64,000 nucleotides of DNA from a bacterium (GCA_043719295.1 JAYSUD010000012.1:26790-90789); one strand, 5' to 3'. Counted from the stretch's first letter, positions 9,631 through 19,875 are shown. The notes: a model not told the origin generated them from the sequence alone. Numbers and translations: made by a program.

Positions 9631-11583
9631 TCATTCTTTAGCACGGACTACCCCTGAAGCATCGTTATTTCCACTTTCAGATGGAATCTTTGTCGTAATC
9701 GCGGGACTGGTATCACGCACGGTGGTACTGGTGAATCGGTCTGTTGCTTCAATGCGTTGTTCACTAATAAGTGTTGGAGTGGTGCCGATTTGAAGTGAAC
9801 GAGGTAAGAGTGAGACTTGGAAAGAGGTGTATGTTTCTTTGTTAGATTCAATGTTGCCTGCTTTCCACGTGATAGCTCTTGTTGTCGGATTGTATGTCAC
9901 AGCTCCATTACCTTCAACAATATTAAGCCATGATATATACGCTGGTAAGCTTGCTGTAACTACAGCATTCGTGACATTGTTTGAACCATTTTGTACTACA
10001 AGCGAAACAGTATATGTTGTTGCCTTGTCTGATACAGGAGGTACAGGACCCGTATCTTTGAAAATGCCGTTGTTGTAACTCACAACACCTACCAAGTTTG
10101 GCGCACTGACGACTTTGATAACACTTGCGGCAGTTCCTGTTAACTGTTCGGCAACTTGGTTTTCAGATACACGTCGTGCTTTTGCATTGACGTTAATGTT
10201 GACCTGTGGAGTTTGTGACACTTCTCCTGTTGGTTCGATACTAAAAGAAAGTCGTTCTGATTCTCCTGGAGTCACCTGCTCTAAACCTTGCGTATTTGAA
10301 ACATCCCACACGATAGTATTTTTCGCTTCATCAAAATAACCTCCTGAAGGACTCACTTCAGAAACTGAAAAAGCGTTACCTCCAAGTTTTACTTCAACGA
10401 TAATATCGTAGAGTGTATCGTCAAGGGAATTAGTTAAAGCAAGCTGTACGTTTGCTCGTTTACCAGGAGCTATTGCAACTTCAGACTTATCTGAATTATC
10501 AATTTTCATATCGATGTCTAAAAATGGTTGCTCGATTTTAAACTCAGTTTGTGCGGTTGCGAAAATTGAAGCAAGACTTTGCGGATCTTTTTCATTTGGT
10601 ACACCGACGGTAAAGTTAATGGCGTTGTCGTCACTCTCTTTTCCAACGACAATTCCCGCTATAGTGATTTTTGTTTCTTTTTCGGGTTCAAGATTTTTAA
10701 TAAGCCACATACTTTCGGTATGTGTTGGTGGTGGAGTTGCTTTTGTGAAATCAAACCCTTCTGGATATTCCGCTTTAACCAATATCTCAGAAAGAGCTGT
10801 TGGTGAGTTTGAAATAATAGTGAGAGTAACCTCAGTCTCTTGCCCTGAAGAGATTTTCTTTAACGTGTCAGCTCTGACAATAATGGGTGATGAACTAATT
10901 TTAAATCGCAACGGTTCTGCTTCTTTAAAAAAAGTAGCATTTGAACCTTGGACGCGATATTCGATTTCTACTTTCACAATCTTCTCTTCATTCTCTTCGC
11001 CAAAAACCAGCGCACGCATGGGGATGTTGACGGTCTCACCTTGTTTAATTGTTTGTAAGGGTAAACGTTCAGTGAATAACTCTTTACCTTCCTCAGTTAC
11101 TGACTTGGTTCCTTTAGGGTACTCAACGATAAGTACTGCTGATTCAATCGAGACTGAGTTGTCATTTGTGATACCAATCTGCATTTGAAGTTCCGATCCT
11201 CCCCCTACGGTAAAAGGTCCTGTAGCTGAAAGGGTGATGTTTTCTCCAGAAATACTTTTACCGCCAAACAGTAAGAAGAGACTTGAAACCACAATCGCTA
11301 GCATGAAAAAACCTAAGCCTGCAAATAAAATTTTAGATCGATATCCTTTTTTTCTTTTTTGCATACCTATGTCTTCTCTAAAACTTTGTGTGCTTTCCTC
11401 TGTAGTATAAACCTCTTGTACAGGAGGTAATACAATAGGTTTAGGCGGTTCTTGCCAAGAAGTAGGAGCCGTATGTACGACATCACTAAGCGGGTGACTG
11501 ACTGAAGACACTTTTTTTGTTCCCCGCTCATAAAGCCGTTTTCGCACTTCTTCAATACTTTCTTGATCTTTAATACCACTCAT
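9631..11583 (-). CDS. Large membrane-anchored extracellular protein (single N-terminal TM helix, beta-rich Ser/Thr/Val ectodomain)
   Basis: 650 aa with a cytoplasmic basic N-terminus, a TM segment ILFAGLGFFMLAIVVSSLFLLF, then long low-hydrophobicity repeats of T/S/V/N-rich beta-strand-like sequence. This is typical of CPR surface proteins. No catalytic motif found. Confidence 0.6.
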   Translation of the reverse strand: MSGIKDQESIEEVRKRLYERGTKKVSSVSHPLSDVVHTAPTSWQEPPKPIVLPPVQEVYTTEESTQSFREDIGMQKRKKGYRSKILFAGLGFFMLAIVVSSLFLLFGGKSISGENITLSATGPFTVGGGSELQMQIGITNDNSVSIESAVLIVEYPKGTKSVTEEGKELFTERLPLQTIKQGETVNIPMRALVFGEENEEKIVKVEIEYRVQGSNATFFKEAEPLRFKISSSPIIVRADTLKKISSGQETEVTLTIISNSPTALSEILVKAEYPEGFDFTKATPPPTHTESMWLIKNLEPEKETKITIAGIVVGKESDDNAINFTVGVPNEKDPQSLASIFATAQTEFKIEQPFLDIDMKIDNSDKSEVAIAPGKRANVQLALTNSLDDTLYDIIVEVKLGGNAFSVSEVSPSGGYFDEAKNTIVWDVSNTQGLEQVTPGESERLSFSIEPTGEVSQTPQVNINVNAKARRVSENQVAEQLTGTAASVIKVVSAPNLVGVVSYNNGIFKDTGPVPPVSDKATTYTVSLVVQNGSNNVTNAVVTASLPAYISWLNIVEGNGAVTYNPTTRAITWKAGNIESNKETYTSFQVSLLPRSLQIGTTPTLISEQRIEATDRFTSTTVRDTSPAITTKIPSESGNNDASGVVRAKE

Positions 11584-11727
11584 ACATTATTTGATTGTAT
11601 CTAGTATACCGCACAAAGAGACCGTGGAGAACGATGGATTCTGTGTACTTTAGAACCCCTCCATTATCTCGTGGTACCCGTATTAAAAAGTCATATGTTT
11701 AATACGGGGAAGATTGTGGATGGGTTC

Positions 11728-12309
11728 TTATAGCTGACTTACGGTCACCCCTTCCTTAATTGCTTGGGTAATTGAAGATGACATATCAGTTGTATACGAA
11801 GAAAGAGCCTCTTCAATTGAAGGGGCATATATAACAGAAACCCAAGCAGGTGAAGGCGCCACATAGCCGAGCTCAGAGAGAAGTCGCAGAAGAAATAACT
11901 CACGTGCAAGCAAGGCAATCTCGGTATGTTTTTCCTCTAACGCAAGTAATTCAAAAGTATCGTCATATACTTTCGAAAGCTGCATTTCTCCATGTACATA
12001 TCGACGCAATTGGGTCACTACAAAATTTACCGTACCCCGCTTCTGCCGAGTATCTGCACTCATGAAGGGATTTCCAAGCGCTTCAACACTTCCAATGCGC
12101 CACCCACTTTTCCCTTTGATTAACGAAACACGTATGTGTGAAAAGTCTTGTAGTGCCGAACGTTGTTTACTTCGTTCTTCGCGAACCGACCGTGCGGTAC
12201 CCCACAGCATCCCTGCCTCTTTAGAAAAGAGTAAATAGTTTTTGTCAGAAGTGTTGTTATTAGTGCTGCCGCAAACCAAAGCTTCAGTGATGTACGTTTT
12301 ATAGCTCAC
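11728..12309 (-). CDS. recO: DNA repair protein RecO-like (short form)
   Basis: The N-terminal OB-fold pattern YITEALVCGS...DKNYLLFSKEAGMLWGTARSVRE..SKQRSALQDFSHIRVSLIKGKSGWRIGSVEAL parallels the RecO consensus (aiVL...ge.D.i..llT...G......A.Ga....s......LqpfsllelelyrGr...l.l.saE). Confidence 0.5.
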   Translation of the reverse strand: MSYKTYITEALVCGSTNNNTSDKNYLLFSKEAGMLWGTARSVREERSKQRSALQDFSHIRVSLIKGKSGWRIGSVEALGNPFMSADTRQKRGTVNFVVTQLRRYVHGEMQLSKVYDDTFELLALEEKHTEIALLARELFLLRLLSELGYVAPSPAWVSVIYAPSIEEALSSYTTDMSSSITQAIKEGVTVSQL

Positions 12310-12310
12310 A

Positions 12311-15300
12311 TTATTTCTTTATGATTTGTACTGTGAATGAATAATCTCCTGCTTTTATTTCTGAACCTTCTGCATTGCCAAAGTCGAGAGCATCTGCACC
12401 GACTACTTTCATAATCTCTGTTTTGAATTGAGATACGATTGCCTCCCCACCATCTGAGGTTTGAACAGTTAGCGTAATTCTATCTTTTGCCTCAAGCCCT
12501 GTTTGCTTTCGCAGGTCTTGTACTGCTCGAATAAATTCCCGCACATCCCCTTCAGCTTTAAGTTCTGGGGTGATATCAGTATTAAGGTCAAAAGTCAGAC
12601 CAAATTTATCATCATCAAATTTTTTATACTGAATTTTTTTAACATTTAGCTCATCAGCTAAAATCGGTTCAAGCTCTGACCAGTAACGTGACGCCTCTGC
12701 GCTATCAGAAATAGAAAACCCACTCAACGGCTGACGGACAGGAATTTTTTCTTTCGTTCGAATATTTAAGCCAAAAGTTGCAAAGCTTCTAATATTTGAC
12801 ATTCCTACAATTAAATCAGTATCAACTTCCCCTCCCTTTGGCCAATCTGCGAGATGCACACTTTCTGCATCAACCTCTCCTTTAACCCTCTGCCACAGAT
12901 ACTCAGCGTAAAACGGCATTGATGGGGCCATCACAAGCGCAAGTGTTCGAAGTGTGTGACGAAGTGTGCCGAGCGCGAGCGCCTTGTCTCTAGCATCGTC
13001 CGCTTTAAAGCGTTCACGTGAGCGTCGCAAATACCACACCGAAACATCGTCGATAAAATCAGTAATTGGACGGGTTGCTTTATCAAGTTCATAGTTTCTA
13101 AAGCCTGAAGTAGTTTCGGCCACCAGTTCATAAAGTCGTGCAACTATCCATCGATCAAGTACGTTCATCGACTCTCCACTCGCTTCTGTACCGTCAGCGA
13201 ACATCTCGTACATTGCAAGTACATTATGAAGTCGTCCAATATTTTTTCGCTCAAGTTCTTTAACTCCTTTCTCTGAAAAGTTTAAATCTTCACCTCTAAT
13301 AATTGACGAGGAGAGTAGGTAAAAGCGCATAGAATCGGCACCAATAGTGTTCGCAATCAACATAGGGTCAGGATAGTTTTGGAGTGACTTACTCATCTTC
13401 TTCCCGTCTTCAGCGAGCACCAGACCATTGGTAATAACATGTTCAAACGGTGACTTACCAAAGAGTGCTACACCTAACACCATCATTGAATAGAACCATC
13501 CACGTGTTTGATCAACACTCTCAGCAATAAACTGTGCCGGAAAACCAACATTATTTTTTCCATCAAAGATGTCGAGGTTTTCAAATGGATAGTGATTCTG
13601 TGCATAGGGCATTGCTCCTGATTCAAACCAGCAGTCAAACACATCTTTTACACGTTCAAGTTTTGTACCATCATTGTCATAGAGTTCCACGTCATCAATG
13701 TACGGTCTATGGAAATCAAGTGCATAGAAATCATTGTGAGGCATTTTAGTAAACGGAATTTGAAGTACCTCGGCATTGTCCATGTACCCTTCCTTTTTAA
13801 TCTCTAGTGACCGTTCAAGGTCAGCCCCTTCTGCTACACACCGTAACGCATACGTAGAACTTGCATGTCCCACAATCAAAATTGTTTTCCCTTTGTGTTT
13901 TCCATCAATGTCATACAAGAAACTCCCAACACGTGTTGCAACGTTGAATCGATTTTCTACATCGGGAACGTCTTTAGTAAATCGTTCCCGTTGACTTGCA
14001 TACAATGCTTCGTATTCATCCCACGTCTTTCCTTCTAAACTTGGACCTGTCTGAAGTTCGGTAATGCGATTGTCTTCAAGAACACAATTGGCATCAAGCC
14101 CAAGAACTCCTGCAACAGTCTCTGCGGTTTGTCGGGTGCGTTGCATCCCTGAATGGATAATAAGATCAATCCCTTTGTCTTTAAGTTTTAAAGCCGACGC
14201 TTCGCATTGCGCCTTACCATCTGTAGTTAATGGATTATGCTCATCTTTGATTGCATCAATTGATCCAGAAAGGTTACTCTCTGCTTCACCATGACGCATA
14301 ACAAAATACGTGTTCCCACTTTTTGGAACATACTCTTGGAGTTCTTTTAACGATGAAAAGACTTTATATTCTTTGGTTACTGGGTTACGCCAAATTGGAA
14401 GTGGGGCTCCCCAGTACCGTTGCCGTGACACCGCCCAGTCGCGCGCACCTTCAAGCCACTTACCGAAACGATTGGTTCCAATGTGTTCGGGTACCCATTT
14501 TACTTTGTTGTTCTCTGCCACAAGCTGATCTTTTATTTTAGTTACTTCAACAAACCATGAGGTAGTAGCGTAATTTAAAAGCGGCGTATCACAACGCCAA
14601 CAGTGCGGATAACTGTGGGTTATGTTTTCTTTTGCAAAAATTCGTGCTCCGTGATCATCTCTATTTGTTTGCAGTTTTTTCAACACTTCAATATCAGTAT
14701 CAAGGTGTGTTACTCCTGCTTTGTCGTCATCTTTTGGTTTTACCAACAGTCCTTTGAAGTCAGTAACAAAGTCCATGAAGTGTCCTGTATTATCTACATG
14801 ATGCACAATCGGGATGTTGTTTGCTTGTGCGAGCTTCATATCGTCATCTCCATACGCTGGTGCAATATGAACTGCTCCCGTTCCATCTTCACCTACTTCA
14901 ACATAGTCAGCATGCCAAATCTTCCACGCATTTGTTTTATCTATGTCTTGGCTTTCAAGATAGTTAAACGGCGGAAGATACGATTTCCCTACAAGGTCAG
15001 ACCCTTTCATTTCTTCAACTATTTCATAGGCAACGTCACCTAGTTGTGAGAGTCGTGCTTTTGCAAGAATCACAAATTCTTCTTTTGTACTTTCATCATT
15101 CTTGATTTTCGCCCGCACGTATTCAATATCATTATGGACCGCGGCAGCCATATTTCCTGGCAACGTCCACGGAGTTGTTGTCCAAACCAAAAGTGAGGTG
15201 TCGGACACCTTACTCTCATTATCAAGAAGTGGCAGTTTAACCGTAACCGCAATATCTTTAATATCCTTGTATCCTTGATTTACCTCAAAGTTTGAGAGCG

Positions 15301-15883
15301 TTGTTCCACAGCGTGGACACAGGTGCATGGTTTTAAATCCCTCATAGACGAGTCCCTTTTTATGAAGCTCCGCAAAGACCCACCACACACTTTCCGTGTA
15401 CGTTGAGTCCATAGTCTTATAGTCATCCTCCATATCAGCCCATCGTCCCATGCGAGGAATGATTCTCTTCCAATCGTCAGCGTATTCTAAAACAGCATCA
15501 CGAGCTTGTTCGTTAAAATTCTGTACTCCATATTCTTCAATGTCACGTTTGGTTGCAAGGCCAAGCTTTTTTTCAATGAGGTTTTCAAGCGGTAAGCCGT
15601 GACAGTCCCATCCCCACTTTCTAGGTACGCTATATCCATTCATTGTCCAAAAACGCGGAATCGCATCTTTGATTGATCCGGCTAAGATGTGCCCATAGTG
15701 TGGAAGCCCCGTTGCAAACGGAGGTCCATCGTAAAAAATAAATTCACCATTTGGTGCTTCTTTTTGTACACTTTTATTAAAAATATCATTCTCCTTCCAA
15801 AAGGCTAACATTGCTTCTTCTCGCAGTGCCACTTCACTTTTTGGCACTCCTTCTTCATCGTTTTTGTGTGTATGTGTATTCAT
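12311..15883 (-). CDS. ileS: Isoleucyl-tRNA synthetase, type 2 (eukaryote-like), with an inserted histidine-phosphatase (PGAM-like) domain
   Basis: PPFATGLPHYGHIL (HIGH region), KMSKS and DCWFESGAMPYAQNHYPFEN identify type-2 IleRS. The ORF is 1190 aa. About 180 aa (aa ~525-700, nt ~13784-14311) between 'WGAPLPIW' and 'HRPYID...DCWFESG' carry YFVMRHGEAESN ... ILIVGHASS, the RHG...H catalytic signature of the histidine phosphatase superfamily. Confidence 0.95.
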   Translation of the reverse strand: MNTHTHKNDEEGVPKSEVALREEAMLAFWKENDIFNKSVQKEAPNGEFIFYDGPPFATGLPHYGHILAGSIKDAIPRFWTMNGYSVPRKWGWDCHGLPLENLIEKKLGLATKRDIEEYGVQNFNEQARDAVLEYADDWKRIIPRMGRWADMEDDYKTMDSTYTESVWWVFAELHKKGLVYEGFKTMHLCPRCGTTLSNFEVNQGYKDIKDIAVTVKLPLLDNESKVSDTSLLVWTTTPWTLPGNMAAAVHNDIEYVRAKIKNDESTKEEFVILAKARLSQLGDVAYEIVEEMKGSDLVGKSYLPPFNYLESQDIDKTNAWKIWHADYVEVGEDGTGAVHIAPAYGDDDMKLAQANNIPIVHHVDNTGHFMDFVTDFKGLLVKPKDDDKAGVTHLDTDIEVLKKLQTNRDDHGARIFAKENITHSYPHCWRCDTPLLNYATTSWFVEVTKIKDQLVAENNKVKWVPEHIGTNRFGKWLEGARDWAVSRQRYWGAPLPIWRNPVTKEYKVFSSLKELQEYVPKSGNTYFVMRHGEAESNLSGSIDAIKDEHNPLTTDGKAQCEASALKLKDKGIDLIIHSGMQRTRQTAETVAGVLGLDANCVLEDNRITELQTGPSLEGKTWDEYEALYASQRERFTKDVPDVENRFNVATRVGSFLYDIDGKHKGKTILIVGHASSTYALRCVAEGADLERSLEIKKEGYMDNAEVLQIPFTKMPHNDFYALDFHRPYIDDVELYDNDGTKLERVKDVFDCWFESGAMPYAQNHYPFENLDIFDGKNNVGFPAQFIAESVDQTRGWFYSMMVLGVALFGKSPFEHVITNGLVLAEDGKKMSKSLQNYPDPMLIANTIGADSMRFYLLSSSIIRGEDLNFSEKGVKELERKNIGRLHNVLAMYEMFADGTEASGESMNVLDRWIVARLYELVAETTSGFRNYELDKATRPITDFIDDVSVWYLRRSRERFKADDARDKALALGTLRHTLRTLALVMAPSMPFYAEYLWQRVKGEVDAESVHLADWPKGGEVDTDLIVGMSNIRSFATFGLNIRTKEKIPVRQPLSGFSISDSAEASRYWSELEPILADELNVKKIQYKKFDDDKFGLTFDLNTDITPELKAEGDVREFIRAVQDLRKQTGLEAKDRITLTVQTSDGGEAIVSQFKTEIMKVVGADALDFGNAEGSEIKAGDYSFTVQIIKK

Positions 15884-16786
15884 AACAAGTGTTCTTATGT
15901 ATATCAGACATAAATAATAAAAGCATGTGTATCAGACATGCCCATGCATAGTACCACGATTTTTAAAAGCTAACAGATGTCTCGGTTGGGCCCATGCGTT
16001 TCCCTGCAGGGGCCCAATTGAATTTATCGAAACGCTACCACAACACTTGGTCCCACATGAATGTGGCGATTCGGTTGAGGTTTTAAAGTCACAACCTCTG
16101 CATCTTTGGGGCATAGAACCTCAGCCCAAAAGGCACAAGATGCGGCAAGTAATGCGAAGTATTGCTCCGGGAACATCGATGCCTCCTTTCGGTCATTGAT
16201 ACTTTTAGAATACTCCTTTCTTCTTGGGTCACAAGTACCTAAAGAGGAAAACACAAAAACAGCAAAACCGTGATTCCAAAAAGATGAATCACGGCTGTCC
16301 TCAGCATGGCACGCCCTCGCGCCATGGGTATTATTTATTGGGATGCATTTATGCAAATGGCAACCAACTTTTGAAAAAGTCAGATCGACATTCCCGCGCA
16401 GACTTGACTCCATCCCCCTTAACAAATGGGCGAACAGGTACCCAAATCAGTCTATCGATTAAGTTTCTGTCTTGCGCATCAACACGCACAACAAAAAAAT
16501 AAAAGAACAGACAAAATGGCACAACAGTAAGAGAACAAATCGCACCATACACAAACAAGCGCTCGAGATCCAAAGATTTTCCTCCCTCTTAAATTACATC
16601 CCGAATTCTTGGAGCATCTTACGATACTCCACTTCTTCTTTTTGGATATTTTGTTGATGTAACTGCTGGCGACGAACCCGTCTCCATACGCTAAACCAAC
16701 GATGAACATGATCTGATGACATTTCTTACCTCGCTTAAAAGCCCTCTACCCAAGAAAACTATATAACGAATAAACGTTACTGTCAA

Positions 16787-18478
16787 TTACAACCTTTCAG
16801 GTGCTTCCGTTCCTAAAACCCACAATCCATTTTTGATTGTTTGTTGTACCACCCCTGCTAGAAGTACTTTGTATGGCGCGAACTCATCTGCAGTATCAGC
16901 AATTTTTTCTTGCGCATAAAAGCCGTTAAACGCTCCTGCAAGTTCTGTAATGAAGGTAACGATATGATGAGGTGCTCGTTCTTCAAGTGAAGTAACAACA
17001 ACTTCAGGGAATCGATAGACCAACCGTTCAATCAAGTAGGGTGATAGAGGAACAGCAGTCGCACCTGCGTGTATACCAAGCTCTTGCGCTTTCATAATTG
17101 CTGAGCCAATACGTGCAGACGTATATTGTAAATAGGGTCCTGAGTCACCTTCAAACGAAAGAGCTTTTTCTTTGTCAAATACAATATTTGATCCAACGCC
17201 ACTTCTAAGTATCTGGTACTTAAGTGCAGCTACCGCAATCTGGTCTGTTAGTTCGTCTATATTCTCTGAACGTGTTTCAAGCGCTCTTACATGTGCAGCT
17301 TCTTTCATCTCTTCAAGGAGTGATTCTCCCGTGAGTACATTACCTTTTCGTGAAGACATCTTACCGGTAGTGAGTGTCAAAAAGCCCGTAGCAATATGTT
17401 CGAGACTTTTATTTGCGACCTCAGGGAATAGTTCCTCAATTGCAGTAAAGACTACTTTGAAATATTCAGACTGCTCGTTTGCTGTAACAATAAGCGACTG
17501 TGTCCAGTTTGGCGTGGTTGCTACTTTTAATGTAAAGTGCCCAATGTCTTTTGCTTCGTATGTAGGGAGGCCTTTTGAACTTATGAAAACTCGAGTGTGT
17601 AAACCAACTTTCACTCCTTTGTATACTGTTGCACCTTCACTTTCTTCAAACACATCTCCTACATGCTCTTTTACAATCTGTAATCCAGGAATACTTGCTT
17701 CACTTTCAAAAATTTCAACATCAAATTCTGTTCCAAGCATCAGACATAGATCTCGGAGGCGCGCTCTTGATGTAGCAATTCCTGCATTGCGAAGTGCCAT
17801 CAATGTGTCGTCCGTACCCGCATACAGGGCTTGATTGATTTTAATTATTTCTTCTTTCTCTTCTCCCTCTTTCTCGTATGCATCGTTTCCATTTCTATAG
17901 GCAAGACCGAGGTCTTGAATATCGTCTGGGTTTAAATTATTTTTCTGTAAACCCCACACGCCTTTTGCTACCGTAAGACCAATATCAGAGGGATAGTTAC
18001 ACCGGACAACCTTGGCACCTGAAAACACAAAAAGACGACTGATTGATTCGCCAATAATGTTTCCAACAAGGTTTCCAATATGGAGCGGTTTAAATAAATT
18101 GGGACTCGTATATTCAATGAGAACAACTTCATCTGTTTGCATCTTATTACTCCCCCATTGTGTCCCTTGTTTTTCTGCTCGTAAAATCTCTTGGGTGAAA
18201 AAATCTCGAACGAGATAAAAGTTTAAAAATCCTGGACCTGCAATCTCAATTTTTTCTACGTATTCAATTTGATCAGCAATTGTTGTCAGTATGAGTTCAG
18301 CAACTTCCCGCGGGGACTTTCCCGCTTCCTTTGCTACCACCATCGCCACGTTACACGCATAGTCTCCGTGCGACAGATCACTTGGATGCTCTACAGTAAA
18401 ATCAACCACAGGTAGCCCCAAGGTTTCAAGTGCATCACTAATTGCAGTTTTTAATACTTCTTCCATATACGCATACAA
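16787..18478 (-). CDS. argS: Arginyl-tRNA synthetase
   Basis: Class I HIGH variant (LHIGNLVGNIIGES) and KMSSRKG (KMSK-like) motif. 563 aa. Confidence 0.95.
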   Translation of the reverse strand: MYAYMEEVLKTAISDALETLGLPVVDFTVEHPSDLSHGDYACNVAMVVAKEAGKSPREVAELILTTIADQIEYVEKIEIAGPGFLNFYLVRDFFTQEILRAEKQGTQWGSNKMQTDEVVLIEYTSPNLFKPLHIGNLVGNIIGESISRLFVFSGAKVVRCNYPSDIGLTVAKGVWGLQKNNLNPDDIQDLGLAYRNGNDAYEKEGEEKEEIIKINQALYAGTDDTLMALRNAGIATSRARLRDLCLMLGTEFDVEIFESEASIPGLQIVKEHVGDVFEESEGATVYKGVKVGLHTRVFISSKGLPTYEAKDIGHFTLKVATTPNWTQSLIVTANEQSEYFKVVFTAIEELFPEVANKSLEHIATGFLTLTTGKMSSRKGNVLTGESLLEEMKEAAHVRALETRSENIDELTDQIAVAALKYQILRSGVGSNIVFDKEKALSFEGDSGPYLQYTSARIGSAIMKAQELGIHAGATAVPLSPYLIERLVYRFPEVVVTSLEERAPHHIVTFITELAGAFNGFYAQEKIADTADEFAPYKVLLAGVVQQTIKNGLWVLGTEAPERL

Positions 18479-18512
18479 TACACAAATAATCCAAATTCTG
18501 CGAACTTCTGCA

Positions 18513-19601
18513 CTATTCTCTTCGAGTGGTCATGGTCCCAGCCTTTGAACTGGTATCAATTGTAAAGTTTTCTCTTCCCAAAACCTGACCGCGCTCTGTC
18601 TCTACCGTACAGCGCCACTGTCCAGCTTTTGAACCTTGAATATACGTATATCCTCGATACCCTCCATCACGTCCTCCAACAATTGTGTATGACAAATGTG
18701 CATGCTCTGTCCATTTTTTTTCAGTTGGGTTGTAGTATTCCCACGTGTGGTAGATGTCAGTTTCAATTGAGGTTGGAGCAAACACTTTTGCGAAACAGAA
18801 CACGGTCGACCCTGAAGTACCATGGAAAACATCATCTGACTTTTTATAAAATTGCCACCCAGTTCCATCTTCATAACTCAACTGGTACGAACCGTCTTCG
18901 AATCGAACTACACTGTGAAAGATACCGACCTCTTTAAGTGACAAAGGAATTGGAGGGATGATGTTTGTGAAATATAGGAAATTAAAACCCGCGAAAATAA
19001 GCCCTACAACCAAAAAAATTGATCGTTGGTGTATGTAGATAAAACGAGGAACAATCCACGCAAGCACGCGGATGAACATCAGTATGATAATAAGTGCCAG
19101 AATACCGCTTCCGACAAATACCAATGCACCCATCTCTCCAAGTACAACCGGCACAATAAGTACAACGTATGAAAATAATCCAACAAACAACATGCCAATG
19201 TTGTAGAGCAACCGCTGGACACGGTCACGTATAGTTTCGTTGCCGTAGATAATGAGAAGAATCAAAAGAAGAAATGGCCAGCTTGATACCCAAGAACCAC
19301 TTCGTCCATAGAAAATAAGCATCCCCGAAAAAAGTCCTCCAAGCGCGTACTGCGTCACAAGCGGAGAAAAGTCACGTAAAGAAGCGTTGATGCGTTCAGG
19401 GAACTTTTCTGCTGTAGCTGCATAGAGCACCAACAAACTCAGCATCGCCAACGTGAGGTACGTTAAGATGACAATATTATCAAAAAGTTGATCAACCCGA
19501 TTGAGCGTGAAGTTATCTACAACAAAACCCAAGATAAAAGAGACGGTAAGAAAGTGCTCTTTGTTGCGAAGTATTTTTTCTTTAAAGGAGCGAGCTGACA
19601 T
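18513..19601 (-). CDS. Polytopic membrane protein with C-terminal extracytoplasmic domain (hypothetical)
   Basis: 362 aa. It has about 6 hydrophobic helices and then a soluble Trp/Tyr-rich domain. Confidence 0.5.
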   Translation of the reverse strand: MSARSFKEKILRNKEHFLTVSFILGFVVDNFTLNRVDQLFDNIVILTYLTLAMLSLLVLYAATAEKFPERINASLRDFSPLVTQYALGGLFSGMLIFYGRSGSWVSSWPFLLLILLIIYGNETIRDRVQRLLYNIGMLFVGLFSYVVLIVPVVLGEMGALVFVGSGILALIIILMFIRVLAWIVPRFIYIHQRSIFLVVGLIFAGFNFLYFTNIIPPIPLSLKEVGIFHSVVRFEDGSYQLSYEDGTGWQFYKKSDDVFHGTSGSTVFCFAKVFAPTSIETDIYHTWEYYNPTEKKWTEHAHLSYTIVGGRDGGYRGYTYIQGSKAGQWRCTVETERGQVLGRENFTIDTSSKAGTMTTRRE

Positions 19602-19842
19602 TGATTCTATTGTACCGTATATAGAAATATAAAAAAAAGAGGGAGATGTCCATCTTATTTATTAGCGGCTGCTCTAGAAGTTTTTTACCTCCTTTCTTGC
19701 GCTAACAAATATGACGATACATCTCCCCAGTGGGCGGAACCGGAATTTCAGGCAATCGATTCCGCCGGCAGTGCGCGAGAAGCTAGGACTAACTCAACTC
19801 ACGCAACACTATTATATCATGATTTTAAGGCTTTAGCAACAA

Positions 19843-19875
19843 AAAAACGAGAGGCCTGGACCTGCTCGTTTTTTT
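19843..19875 (-). terminator. Intrinsic terminator downstream of glyA (hairpin ACGAG..CTCGT flanked by A7/T7 runs; bidirectional)
   Basis: aaaaaaacgagaggcctggacctgctcgttttttt seen directly. It lies 20 nt after the glyA stop. Confidence 0.6.

Noticed and set aside
10514-11188. 224-aa plus-strand ORF inside the large surface-protein gene
   Set aside because: Fully embedded antisense ORF with no independent signals.
15884-16200. T-box riboswitch upstream of ileS
   Set aside because: Only a partial GUGGUAC match to the AGGGUGGNACCGCG T-box sequence was seen. Structure alone is insufficient, so it is reported as an unclassified structured leader instead.
17172-17834. 220-aa plus-strand ORF inside argS
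   Set aside because: Antisense shadow ORF within a well-supported aaRS gene. Ser-rich low complexity.
19690-19790. SRP RNA / small RNA candidate (ccggaatttcagg...gccggcagtgcg)
   Set aside because: It lacks the conserved domain IV GGAA-tetraloop/AGCAGC symmetric-loop motifs. It is treated as a leader structure.
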